A stretch of 64,000 nt of DNA from Thermoplasmata archaeon (GCA_022750115.1 JAKIWI010000004.1:97939-161938); one strand, 5' to 3'; shown: positions 7,677 to 16,296, counted from the first letter of the stretch. Numbers and translations: made by a program. Notes: a model not told the origin generated them from the letters alone.

Positions 7677-10448
7677 CTACGAGCAACCGCTCGTCGAGCC
7701 GCAGACGGTGCAGGCGTAACACGTCCCCGAGCGGACCATGATGCCGCCGCAGATGTGGCACGACGGCGCGTCGTCGCTCACGCCGCCCGGCGAAGCCGGG
7801 GCGAACATGTCGAGCGACTTGGCCGCGAACGTCTGCGACTTGGCGGGGGCGGCGCCGCTGCCATGGCCGCTGGAACCGCCGTTCCCCTCGACCGGAGCCT
7901 CGAGGCCGATGGCGCGCCGCTCGTCCTCGGTGAGGAACTCGTTCGCGAGCCAGCGCGCCACGTAGTCGGGGATCGACTTCGCGAACCGGATCTTCGGGTT
8001 GTTGGTCGCGCCCTGCGGCTCGAACCGCAGGTGGGCGAGCTTGCGGACGAGATCCTTCAGGGGCACCCCGTGCTGGAGCGCCATCGACATCGAGATCCCG
8101 AGGGAATCCATCAGGCCGTTCACCGTCGAACCCTCCTTCGTCACCCGGAAGAACACCTCGCCCGGGCGCCCGTCGGGGTAGAGGCCGACCGTGACGTAGC
8201 CGTCGTGGCCGCCGACCTGGAAGTGGTGCGTGATCGCCTTGCGCTCGTCGGGCAGGCGCTCGCGGGCGGGGCCGCGCGGACCGACGGGCGCCGTCCGTCC
8301 CTTTCCGGTCTCGTAGGGTTGCGAGGCCTTGCAGCCGTCGCGGTAGAGGGCGACCGACTTGATCCCGAGCTTCCACGCCTCGAGGTAGATCGTCTCGATG
8401 TCCTCGACGCTCGCGTCGTTCGGGAGGTTGATCGTCTTCGACGCGCCGCCCGAGAGGAACGGCTGGACCGCGCCGAGCATCTTCAGGTGCCCCATCGGCG
8501 GGATCGTCCGGGTGCCCCCGGCGGGCGCCAGCGCGCAGTCGAACACGGTGAGGTGCTCCGGCTTCAGGTCCGCGGCGCCCTCGATCGTCCCGCTCGCCGC
8601 GATGTGGGCGGTGATCCGGCCGATCGCGTCCTTCGAGTAGCCGAGGGCGTGCAGACCCTCCGCAACGGTGCCGTTGACCATCTTCATCGCGCCGCCCCCG
8701 ACGAGGTTCTTCACCTTCACGAGCGACAGCTCGGGCTCGAGACCGAGGGTGTCGCAACCCATCAGGAGCCCGATCGTGCCGGTCGGGGCGATGACGGAGA
8801 TCTGGGCGTTTCGGTAGCCCCACATCTCGCCGGAGCGGACCGTCTCGCGCCAGGACTCGCCGCCCGCCTTCACGAGCTCGGCGAGCCGGAGGTCGGAGCT
8901 CTGGATCTTGTCCGCGGCCGCGCGGTGCTTCTCCATCACACGGAGCATCGGGCTGCGGTTGCGGTCGAACCCCGCGAACGGGCCCATTCGTCGGGAGATC
9001 TCGGCGGACATTCGGTATCCCTCGGCGGAGAGGACGGCGGAGACCGAGGCGGCGAGCGCGCGGCCCGGGTCGGAGTCGTAGGCGAGGCCGTACTGCATGA
9101 TCAGCGAGCCCAGGTTTGCGTAGCCGAGCCCGAGGGGCCGGAAGTCGTGCGAGTTCTGCGCGATCGTCGCCGTCGGGTAGCTCGACGCGTCGACGAGGAT
9201 CTCCATCGCGAGGATCATCGCCCGCACGGAGTCGCGGAACAGCGGGAGGTCGAACGACCCGTCGCTCGCGAGGAACTTCATCAGGTTGATCGACGCGAGG
9301 TTGCACGCGGTGTCGTCGAGGAACAGGTACTCCGAGCACGGGTTCGAGGCGTTGATCCGCCCGGCCATCGGTGAGGTGTGCCAATCGTTCGTGATGTCGT
9401 CGTACTGGACGCCTGGGTCGCCACACCGCCACGCAGCGTAGGCGAGCTTGCGCCACAACTCGCGCGCCTTGAGGGTCGCCGCGACGGAGTGGTCGGTCCG
9501 GTTGTAAGTCTTCCAGTCGCCGTCCTTCACGACGGCGTCGATGAACGCGTCGGGGATTCGGACCGAGTGGTTCGCGTTCTGGTAGGAGATCGAGGCGTAG
9601 GCGGAGTCGGGGTCGGTGCCGTCGAAGTTGGACGAGTAGCCCTCGCGGATCAGCGCGAGCGCCTTCTCCTCCTCCTTCACCTTGCAGTCGATGAAGTCGA
9701 CGATGTCGGGATGGTCGAGGTTGAGGATGACCATCTTCGCCGCGCGGCGCGTCGTGCCGCCCGATTTGATCACGCCGGCGAGCGCGTCGAACGCCCGCAT
9801 GAACGACACTGGGCCGCTCGCGATGCCGCCGCCGCTGAGGCGCTCGTGGCTCCCCCGCAGCGAGGAGAGGTTCGAGCCCGTGCCGCTGCCGCCCTTGAAC
9901 AGGCGTCCTTCGCTCCCGGCGAGGGCGAGGATCGAGTCCATGTCGTCGGTGACGGACTGGATGAAGCACGCCGAGCATTGCGGCGGTTGCCGAACGCCGA
10001 CGTTGAACCAGACGGGGCTGTTGAACGCCGCCATCCGGTGGACCATCAGGTAGGAGAGGCTCTCCTCGAGGCGCGTCGCCTCCTCCGCCGTGTCGAAATA
10101 GCCGAGCTCGAGGCCCCGCTGGGCGATCCAGTGGGTGACGCGCCGGATCATTCCCTCGACGGAGTCCTCGCGACGGCCCTGGATGACGCGGAAGTACTTC
10201 GACGCCGCGATGTTGATCGAGGTGTCCGACCAGCTCGTCGGGGCGCGGATGCCGCGCTGCTCGAAGATCGTTTTCCCGTCGGCGGCGCGGATCACCGCGT
10301 CGTGACTCTTCCACTCGACGGTGTCGAACGCCGTCTTCCCGCGCGGGACGAGCCGCGGGATCGCGATCGGGTCGCGTCCGGTGCGGGTCGTCGGTCGGGC
10401 GAGCGCTTCCTCGGGCATGGTGGGGGCACGTCGCTTCGGAATTGCCAT
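7677..10448 (-). CDS. nrdJ: ribonucleotide reductase, class II (adenosylcobalamin-dependent)
   Basis: 923 aa class II RNR; C-terminal Zn-ribbon 'CHICGGIMVRSGTCYACTVCGSTSGC'. Confidence 0.85.
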   Translation of the reverse strand: MAIPKRRAPTMPEEALARPTTRTGRDPIAIPRLVPRGKTAFDTVEWKSHDAVIRAADGKTIFEQRGIRAPTSWSDTSINIAASKYFRVIQGRREDSVEGMIRRVTHWIAQRGLELGYFDTAEEATRLEESLSYLMVHRMAAFNSPVWFNVGVRQPPQCSACFIQSVTDDMDSILALAGSEGRLFKGGSGTGSNLSSLRGSHERLSGGGIASGPVSFMRAFDALAGVIKSGGTTRRAAKMVILNLDHPDIVDFIDCKVKEEEKALALIREGYSSNFDGTDPDSAYASISYQNANHSVRIPDAFIDAVVKDGDWKTYNRTDHSVAATLKARELWRKLAYAAWRCGDPGVQYDDITNDWHTSPMAGRINASNPCSEYLFLDDTACNLASINLMKFLASDGSFDLPLFRDSVRAMILAMEILVDASSYPTATIAQNSHDFRPLGLGYANLGSLIMQYGLAYDSDPGRALAASVSAVLSAEGYRMSAEISRRMGPFAGFDRNRSPMLRVMEKHRAAADKIQSSDLRLAELVKAGGESWRETVRSGEMWGYRNAQISVIAPTGTIGLLMGCDTLGLEPELSLVKVKNLVGGGAMKMVNGTVAEGLHALGYSKDAIGRITAHIAASGTIEGAADLKPEHLTVFDCALAPAGGTRTIPPMGHLKMLGAVQPFLSGGASKTINLPNDASVEDIETIYLEAWKLGIKSVALYRDGCKASQPYETGKGRTAPVGPRGPARERLPDERKAITHHFQVGGHDGYVTVGLYPDGRPGEVFFRVTKEGSTVNGLMDSLGISMSMALQHGVPLKDLVRKLAHLRFEPQGATNNPKIRFAKSIPDYVARWLANEFLTEDERRAIGLEAPVEGNGGSSGHGSGAAPAKSQTFAAKSLDMFAPASPGGVSDDAPSCHICGGIMVRSGTCYACTVCGSTSGCS

Positions 10449-10637
10449 GGTGGTTTACTCCCTGGAAGGTCGGCTCCCGGCGCGAACGACGGGGACGATG
10501 GGGAAGCGCGGGGGCTCCGTAACGGTCACGACCAGACCGGGAAACGCCCTCGATGGGCGACCGTTCCACGAACCAGTCGGAGGCACGGAACCCGCGCTGC
10601 GTCGCCCCGGACGCGTGTCGCGGACCCTCCGGACCCG

Positions 10638-10652
10638 CGGTAGAGGCCCGCC
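10638..10652 (-). promoter_or_regulatory. TATA-like box upstream of nrdJ (about 190 nt before the ATG)
   Basis: Minus strand reads 'gtgTAAATAGGgcgg'; lies just inside or after the 3' end of the small Zn-ribbon gene. Confidence 0.35.
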
Positions 10653-10656
10653 CTAT

Positions 10657-10839
10657 TTACACACTCGGTCGAACCCGAGCACGAACCGACGTTTCGGCGG
10701 CGTCGATCGGCAGAACGCGCATCGTGCAGGGCATTGTCACGCCGCACTCCCCGCAGAACAGCCCGTCCTCGGCGACCCAGAGGAACTCGCCGCACCGGTC
10801 GCACTTCCGCGGGTCGTCGGAGTCGTTGCGGCAGCCCAT
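10657..10839 (-). CDS. small zinc-ribbon protein (60 aa)
   Basis: ATG start; 'CDRCGEF...x15...CGECG' C4 motif; immediately upstream of nrdJ. Confidence 0.5.
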   Translation of the reverse strand: MGCRNDSDDPRKCDRCGEFLWVAEDGLFCGECGVTMPCTMRVLPIDAAETSVRARVRPSV

Positions 10840-10957
10840 CGAGCTCCCGAGCGAGGCGAGGTACTTGATTCTCGGGATGGAGACGCAGAAAACGAGGGAC
10901 TTGGGCCGAACCCCTCCGAAGAGGGGTTCGGGAAATGGTAGACGAAGGGTCGCCGGT

Positions 10958-11173
10958 TCAGGCGTTCTTCATCCGGGCGCGGGAAACGTACCCCTTCTTG
11001 TCGAGGAAGTACATGTACCCGTCCTCCCGAGTGACCTTCTCGGTCCCAACCTTCGCCTTCTTCCCCGACTTGTTCAACTTCGTGGGGGTTTTCCAAAGGT
11101 ACCCGTCCTTGCCGAGGTAGTACAGGTAACCCTTCTCGCGCTTGATCTGCTCCTTGCCGACTTTCTCCGCCAT
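10958..11173 (-). CDS. small lysine-rich protein with internal duplication (71 aa), candidate nucleic-acid-binding protein
   Basis: Two copies of the motif G-Y-[LM]-Y-[YF]-L-x-K-x-G-Y ('KGYLYYLGKDGYLW', 'DGYMYFLDKKGYVS'); 13 Lys of 71 aa; AT-rich islet; TATA-like box ~30 bp upstream of the second ATG (11173). Confidence 0.5.
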   Translation of the reverse strand: MAEKVGKEQIKREKGYLYYLGKDGYLWKTPTKLNKSGKKAKVGTEKVTREDGYMYFLDKKGYVSRARMKNA

Positions 11174-11230
11174 GTGAGGCGACCTCGTCGGCGACATGGA
11201 AAGCGCTCCTATTTGAATGTAGGGTCCGAC

Positions 11231-12490
11231 TCACGCCGAAGAAACGTGTTTTCCTCGACGATAAACGGCCTTTGGAATCGCACCGATCCGGTACGCGATC
11301 CGGTCGGCCGAAGCGAGGTCGAACAGCGCGAAATCCGCGGCCCGTCCGACGGAGATGACGCCGGCGCCGTCGGCGGCGCCGACGGCATGGGCCGCGTTGA
11401 CCGTCGCCGCCGTCAGCGCTTCTGCCGGCGTGAGGCGCGCGGAGTGGACCGCGTGCGCGATCGCGACCGGCATCGCGTCGACGGGGGAGTTCGGGGAGCT
11501 GTCGGTGCCGATCGCGACGGGGACGCCCGCATCGACCATTTCCCGCCCTGGGCTCCGTAGCGGAGAGAGCGAGGCGAACGGTGTCACGGGAAGAAGCACC
11601 GCCGTCACGCCGGAGCGCGCGAGCGCTTCGCGGTCCTCCGCGGGCACGGTGAGCAGGTGTTCGGCCGACCGCACGCGCAGCGCGGCGGCGAGCGCGGCGC
11701 CGCCGGAGTAGACGAACTCGTCGGCGTGGATCTTTGTCCCGAGCCCCAGGGAGAGCGCCGCGCGGAGGATTCGTTCCGACTGCGGGACGGTGAAGAAGCC
11801 CGGCTCGCAGAACACGTCGGCGAACTTGGCGAGTCGTCGATGGGCGACCTCGGGTAGGGTGCGCCGGACGATCTCGTCGACGTAGACGTCGGGGTCCCGG
11901 GCGCGCTCGGGAGGGACGGCGTGCGCGCCGAGGTACGTCGGGATGAGGTCAAGCCCCGAAATTTTCGCGAGCTTCGGGATGAGTGAGAGGAGTCGCAGCT
12001 CGCCGGAGTGCGTGAGGGCGTAGCCGCTCTTCACCTCGGCCGTCGTCGTGCCGGCGCGCCGCATGCGCGCAAGCCGCGCCGATGTTTCGGCGAGGAGCGT
12101 CGGGGCCGGGGCCCGGCGGGTCAGTCGCACGGTTCGGTACAGTCCGCCTCCGCCAGCCGCGATCTCCCCGTAGGTCATCCCGCCGATCTTCTGGGTGAGC
12201 TCGTCGGCCCGGTCCCCCGCGTACAGGACGTGCGTGTGGGGGTCGACGAAGCCGGGGACAATCGTACCGCCGCCCGCGTCGATCGTGGTCCCTCCGCGCC
12301 GAAGGCGTACCTCGCGCCGTACCTTCCGCTCGGGACCGACCGCGACGAACACTCCGCCGCGGACCGCCAGCGCCGCCCCCGCGACGACCGAAAGTTCGCT
12401 CGCGGCCGCGCCGACGCGCGGGACCGGACCCGTTCGCAGCGTCGCGAGCTCGCCGATCCCGGTGACGAGCAGGTCGACGCCCGCGCTCAT
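11231..12490 (-). CDS. imidazolonepropionase-like metal-dependent amidohydrolase
   Basis: 'GFVDPHTHVLYAG', 'KIHADE' amidohydrolase motifs; 419 aa; ATGA overlap with upstream rnz. The listed 1137-aa ORF is read-through. Confidence 0.7.
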   Translation of the reverse strand: MSAGVDLLVTGIGELATLRTGPVPRVGAAASELSVVAGAALAVRGGVFVAVGPERKVRREVRLRRGGTTIDAGGGTIVPGFVDPHTHVLYAGDRADELTQKIGGMTYGEIAAGGGGLYRTVRLTRRAPAPTLLAETSARLARMRRAGTTTAEVKSGYALTHSGELRLLSLIPKLAKISGLDLIPTYLGAHAVPPERARDPDVYVDEIVRRTLPEVAHRRLAKFADVFCEPGFFTVPQSERILRAALSLGLGTKIHADEFVYSGGAALAAALRVRSAEHLLTVPAEDREALARSGVTAVLLPVTPFASLSPLRSPGREMVDAGVPVAIGTDSSPNSPVDAMPVAIAHAVHSARLTPAEALTAATVNAAHAVGAADGAGVISVGRAADFALFDLASADRIAYRIGAIPKAVYRRGKHVSSA

Positions 12491-13389
12491 GGCTGGCGAA
12501 CGAGATGGTCGAGCAGGTCGCGGGCCGCGTGTGCCTCGACGAAACGGACCTTCGCCTCCGACTCGAGTCCTTCGACCTCCTTGTAGCGGCTCGAAAAGTG
12601 CGTGAGGAACAGTTCCTGGACCTCGGCGGCCTTCGCGAGCTCCGCGGCCTGGCGAGCGGAGGAGTGCCCCCACTGGTTCGCCTCGTCCTCGAGCTCGGCG
12701 CCGACCGTCGCCTCGTGGATCAGCACGGTAGCGCGGCGAGCGAGCTTCTCGATGTCCCCGCACGGCGACGTGTCGCCCGAATAGACGATGGAGCGGCCGA
12801 GGCGCGGCGGCCCCATCACGTCCTCCGGGCGGACCTCGTGGTCGCCCACGCGGACGGTCTCCCCAGCCTCCAACCGGCCGAAGTCCGCGCCCCGGATGCC
12901 GAGGGACCGAGCCAGGGCGCCGTCGAATCGTCCGCGCTTCGGCCCTTCCTCGAGCCGATACGCCAGGCTCGGGACAGGGTGGGTGGCGGCGGCGGTGCGG
13001 ACCGAGTACCCGTCGAGCTCCACCGACGCGCCCGGGGAGAGCGCGTGGAGCGTGATCGGGAACCGGAGCGTGAAGTATCCGAGCTTGAGAACCTGGTCGA
13101 ACACCTCTTTCGCGTCGGGCGGACCGTACAGGTCGAGCGGCTCGGTCCGGTGGTTGAGGCTCATACTCTGGATCAGGCCGGGGAGGCCGAGGAAGTGGTC
13201 GCCGTGGAAGTGGGTGATGAACACCCGCCGGACGCGCATGAACGAGGCACTCGACTGGAAGAATTGCCGCTGCGTGCCTTCCCCGCAGTCGAACAGGACC
13301 ATCTCCCGCTCCGTGTCGAGCGCGATGGCGCTCGCGGAGCGCTCCTTGGTCGGCCAGGAGCCGGCCGTCCCGAGGAAAGTGAGTCGCAT
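12487..13389 (-). CDS. rnz: ribonuclease Z (tRNA 3'-processing endonuclease)
   Basis: 'MRLTFLGTAGSWPT' N-term, 'HFHGDH' metallo-beta-lactamase motif, 300 aa. Confidence 0.8.
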   Translation of the reverse strand: MRLTFLGTAGSWPTKERSASAIALDTEREMVLFDCGEGTQRQFFQSSASFMRVRRVFITHFHGDHFLGLPGLIQSMSLNHRTEPLDLYGPPDAKEVFDQVLKLGYFTLRFPITLHALSPGASVELDGYSVRTAAATHPVPSLAYRLEEGPKRGRFDGALARSLGIRGADFGRLEAGETVRVGDHEVRPEDVMGPPRLGRSIVYSGDTSPCGDIEKLARRATVLIHEATVGAELEDEANQWGHSSARQAAELAKAAEVQELFLTHFSSRYKEVEGLESEAKVRFVEAHAARDLLDHLVRQP

Positions 13390-13477
13390 CGTCGGCCGGA
13401 GGGGCCGAGCGGCATAACGGCACCTCCGCGAGGACAGGTGAAAGGAGAAGTACCCGCCCCGGCCTCGACCGCCGCTC

Positions 13478-14593
13478 ATGGTCGACTGGGACGTCGTCGA
13501 GCGACGCCGCTCCAAGGGATGGGACTGGCAGCGGATCGCCGAGGACCCGAAGGTCGACTTCCACGCCGACGACAACGCGGGGGACCCGGGCCGGGCGCTC
13601 CGGGCGCTGTACTACCAGCGCCGCTCGAAGTCGCGGCGCCGTCCGTCGTCGGGCGATTCGGACGGATCGACCGACACCGAGCCCGAGAAGCGCTGGACGC
13701 TCGAGCGCATCGCGGCCGTTCTCGTCCCGCTGTTCGCAATCTGGTTCGTGATCGCTCTGTTCGTCCCCTCGCCGGTGGGGACGTTCGTCCCCGCGATTCC
13801 GTATCTCCTCATCCTGCTCGTCATCGCGGTCGCCGTCCTCGGCTACGCGCTCCTGCGTTCCGCCGACCGCTGGAACGTCGGCATCCGCAACAGCGTGGTC
13901 ATGGGCCTCGTGCTCGGCCTCGTGGTCGCGGGCGGTTTCGGCGTTGCGGCCCTCGTGAGCGGATGCCCGACCCTCTCCTCGGGGGCAACCGCGACCGCCG
14001 AGCCGATGTCGTTCGCCAAGGCCGGAAACCCTCTGTGGGCGGACAACGGCGCCCCCGTGTTCTTCTTCTACGGCTCGACCGCCTGTCCGTTCTGCTCCGC
14101 GTCGAGCTGGGCGATGGTGGTGGCGCTCGAGGCGTTCGGGACGCTCACCGGGACGGCCTACGATCGATCGAGTCCGACCGACACGTACCCGAACACTCCC
14201 GAGGTCGTCCTCTCCGGCGCAGCGCTCCAAAGCAAGTGGGTCGGCCTCGAGGTCGCCGAGTCGACCAACGACAACCAGATCACGGCGGCCGCGACGACGG
14301 GCTGCGTCCAGTCGGCCTACGTGAGCGCCTACGACGCCGGCGGGAGCATCCCGTTCGTGGTCATCGGCGGTCAGTATTACCACGTCGGCGCGATGGTGAA
14401 CCCCGCGAGCTTGCAGGGGCTCAGCGCGGGCCAGGTGCAATCGCAGATTAACAACCAATCGGGCGCCGCGTGGGACGCGATCAGCCCGACGGCGTTCCTC
14501 CTGGAGGCGTTCCTCGTCAAGGCGAACGGCGGCCAACCGGCGAGCATCGCCTCGAATAGCACGGTCGCGAACTGGCTCGGCCAGATCCGTTAG
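13478..14593 (+). CDS. membrane-anchored thioredoxin-fold protein (CPFC), paralog A; DsbA-like partner of VKOR
   Basis: Basic cytoplasmic N-term, three hydrophobic TM segments, then 'FFFYGSTACPFCSASSW' Trx-like active site; 371 aa. Confidence 0.7.
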   Translation: MVDWDVVERRRSKGWDWQRIAEDPKVDFHADDNAGDPGRALRALYYQRRSKSRRRPSSGDSDGSTDTEPEKRWTLERIAAVLVPLFAIWFVIALFVPSPVGTFVPAIPYLLILLVIAVAVLGYALLRSADRWNVGIRNSVVMGLVLGLVVAGGFGVAALVSGCPTLSSGATATAEPMSFAKAGNPLWADNGAPVFFFYGSTACPFCSASSWAMVVALEAFGTLTGTAYDRSSPTDTYPNTPEVVLSGAALQSKWVGLEVAESTNDNQITAAATTGCVQSAYVSAYDAGGSIPFVVIGGQYYHVGAMVNPASLQGLSAGQVQSQINNQSGAAWDAISPTAFLLEAFLVKANGGQPASIASNSTVANWLGQIR

Positions 14594-14600
14594 TCCGGCG

Positions 14601-15092
14601 ATGCGAGCGGAATCGGCCCATGCGGCCCTGCTGGTCGTCATCATCGTGGGCCTCGGGCTCGCGGTCTTCTCCGCCGTGGAGTCCCTCGACCCGTGGTTCC
14701 AGGGGGCCTGCTACGTCAACAAGGTCATTTCGTGCGGAGCGGTCGATTCGAGCGGCCACACGACGACTCTCCATGTCCAGGACTACACGATCGGGATCGC
14801 AGGCTTCCTCCTCCTCCTCGTCGTCGACATCCCGCTGTACCGGACGTGGCGCCTGGACCTGCTGAGAGCGCTCGTCGGCCTTTCGGCTCTCGGACTCGCG
14901 GTCAGCGCCTACTTCGCCTACGTCGAGCTAGCGATCATCCACGCGCTCTGTCCCGTGTGCTTCTCCACCTACGTCGCCGACGCCGCGGTCCTGGTCCTCT
15001 CGTTCTACCTGCTCCGCACCAGCCGTTCCGAGGAGCCTGACCCAGATTCCAAGAATCCGTCCAGCGACTCGGAGCCGACGTCGTCATCGTAG
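14601..15092 (+). CDS. vitamin K epoxide reductase (VKOR) homolog / DsbB-like
   Basis: Polytopic membrane protein; loop cysteine pair 'CYVNKVISC' plus 'CPVC' redox motif in a TM helix; starts 8 nt after paralog A. Confidence 0.75.
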   Translation: MRAESAHAALLVVIIVGLGLAVFSAVESLDPWFQGACYVNKVISCGAVDSSGHTTTLHVQDYTIGIAGFLLLLVVDIPLYRTWRLDLLRALVGLSALGLAVSAYFAYVELAIIHALCPVCFSTYVADAAVLVLSFYLLRTSRSEEPDPDSKNPSSDSEPTSSS

Positions 15093-15142
15093 ACGAGCCG
15101 ACCGGGGCGGGGGGACGCCTCGACAGCGCCGACGATCGGTGG

Positions 15143-15157
15143 GCCGTTAAGCCTCCG
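15143..15157 (+). promoter_or_regulatory. TATA-like box for thioredoxin-fold paralog B
   Basis: 'ggccgTTAAGCCtcc' ~30 bp upstream of ATG 15184. Confidence 0.35.
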
Positions 15158-15183
15158 CCGCCCTAGGGGCCTCGTTCATCCGC

Positions 15184-16296
15184 ATGGTCGACTGGGACAC
15201 CGTCGAGCGTCGCCGTTCGAGGGGATGGGATTGGGACCGGATCGCGTCGGACCCCCGGGTCGACTTCCACGCCGAAGAGGGGGCCGGCGACCCCGGCCGG
15301 GCGCTTCGTGCCATGTACTACCAGCGTCGGTCGAAATCCCGGCGCGGCCCTTCGGCCTCCGAACGCGGGGCCGGGAGCGACCTCGCGCCGGAGAAACGCT
15401 GGAACCTCGTGCGCGTCGCGGCGCTGCTCGCGCCGATGTTCGCCGCCTGGTTCGTCCTCGCCCTCGTGTTCCCCTCCCCGGTCGGGGCGTTCCTCTCCGC
15501 GATCCCCGTGCTCGTGATCCTGATGCTCCTCTCGATCGCCCTGCTGGGTTTTGCGCTGCTGCGCACCGCCGATCGGTGGACCACGGGAGTCCGGAACAGC
15601 CTGGTCGTCGGGGCGGTCCTCGGGCTCGTGCTGGCGGGAATCTTCGGGCTCGCGGCGGTGGTCAGCGGCTGCCCGACCCTCACGGCCACGACCTCGCCGG
15701 AACCGTCCAACTTCGTCGTCGTGGCGAACCCACTCTGGGCCGACTCTGGCATCCCCGTGTTCTTCTTCTACGGGTCGATCGCGTGCCCGTACTGCGCGGC
15801 ATCGAGTTGGGCGATGGCCGTTGCGCTCGAGCAGTTCGGGACGCTCTCGGGGACCCACTTCGACCGGTCCTCGCCGACCGATGCTGCCGGCCCGAGCACG
15901 CCCGAGGTCGTCCTCGCCGGAGCGACGCTGCAGAGCCGATGGGTCAGCCTCCACGTCGCCGAGTCGACCGATAACCAGACGATCACGGCCGCCCCGACGT
16001 CGGGCTGCGTGGAGTCGGCGTACGTGAGCGCCTACGACCCCGGGGGAAGCATTCCGTTCCTCGTCATCGGCGGGCAGTATCTCCACGTCGGTGCACTCGT
16101 CGCGCCCGCGAAGCTCGCCGGGTTGACGCCGGCCCAGGTGCAGGCGCAGATCGCGAACCAGTCCGGCCCCGCCTGGGACGCCATCAGCCCGATCGCGTTT
16201 CTTCTGGAAGCGTTCTTGGTCAAGGTGAACGGCGGACAGCCCGCCAGCGTTGCGACGAACAGCTCGGTCGCCAATTGGCTGGGTCAGATCCACTGA
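15184..16296 (+). CDS. membrane-anchored thioredoxin-fold protein (CPYC), paralog B
   Basis: About 75 % identical to the 13478-14593 product, same topology, 'FFFYGSIACPYCAASSW'; own TATA-like box ~30 bp upstream. Confidence 0.7.
   Translation: MVDWDTVERRRSRGWDWDRIASDPRVDFHAEEGAGDPGRALRAMYYQRRSKSRRGPSASERGAGSDLAPEKRWNLVRVAALLAPMFAAWFVLALVFPSPVGAFLSAIPVLVILMLLSIALLGFALLRTADRWTTGVRNSLVVGAVLGLVLAGIFGLAAVVSGCPTLTATTSPEPSNFVVVANPLWADSGIPVFFFYGSIACPYCAASSWAMAVALEQFGTLSGTHFDRSSPTDAAGPSTPEVVLAGATLQSRWVSLHVAESTDNQTITAAPTSGCVESAYVSAYDPGGSIPFLVIGGQYLHVGALVAPAKLAGLTPAQVQAQIANQSGPAWDAISPIAFLLEAFLVKVNGGQPASVATNSSVANWLGQIH

Larger units (their letters stand above)
13478..16296. repeat. tandem gene duplication: two ~1.1-kb paralogous genes (13478-14593 and 15184-16296) separated by the VKOR gene
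   Basis: Encoded proteins are collinear and about 75 % identical, including near-identical first 50 aa and last 15 aa. Confidence 0.75.

Noticed and set aside
7558-10569. 1003-aa minus-strand ORF overlapping nrdJ in another frame (Arg/Pro/Gly/Asp-rich)
   Set aside because: Composition typical of an alternate-frame artefact in high-GC DNA. nrdJ in the neighbouring frame has clear class II RNR motifs.
10449-10656. Cobalamin riboswitch in the nrdJ leader
   Set aside because: No recognisable B12-box by eye, and riboswitches are rare in archaea. Kept only as an unspecified structured-leader hypothesis.
11231-14644. 1137-aa listed ORF spanning the amidohydrolase, rnz and beyond
   Set aside because: Read-through of an open frame across the Trx-fold gene region. 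Only the last 419 codons (from ATG 12490) have amidohydrolase motifs; upstream part is low complexity and overlaps rnz in another frame.
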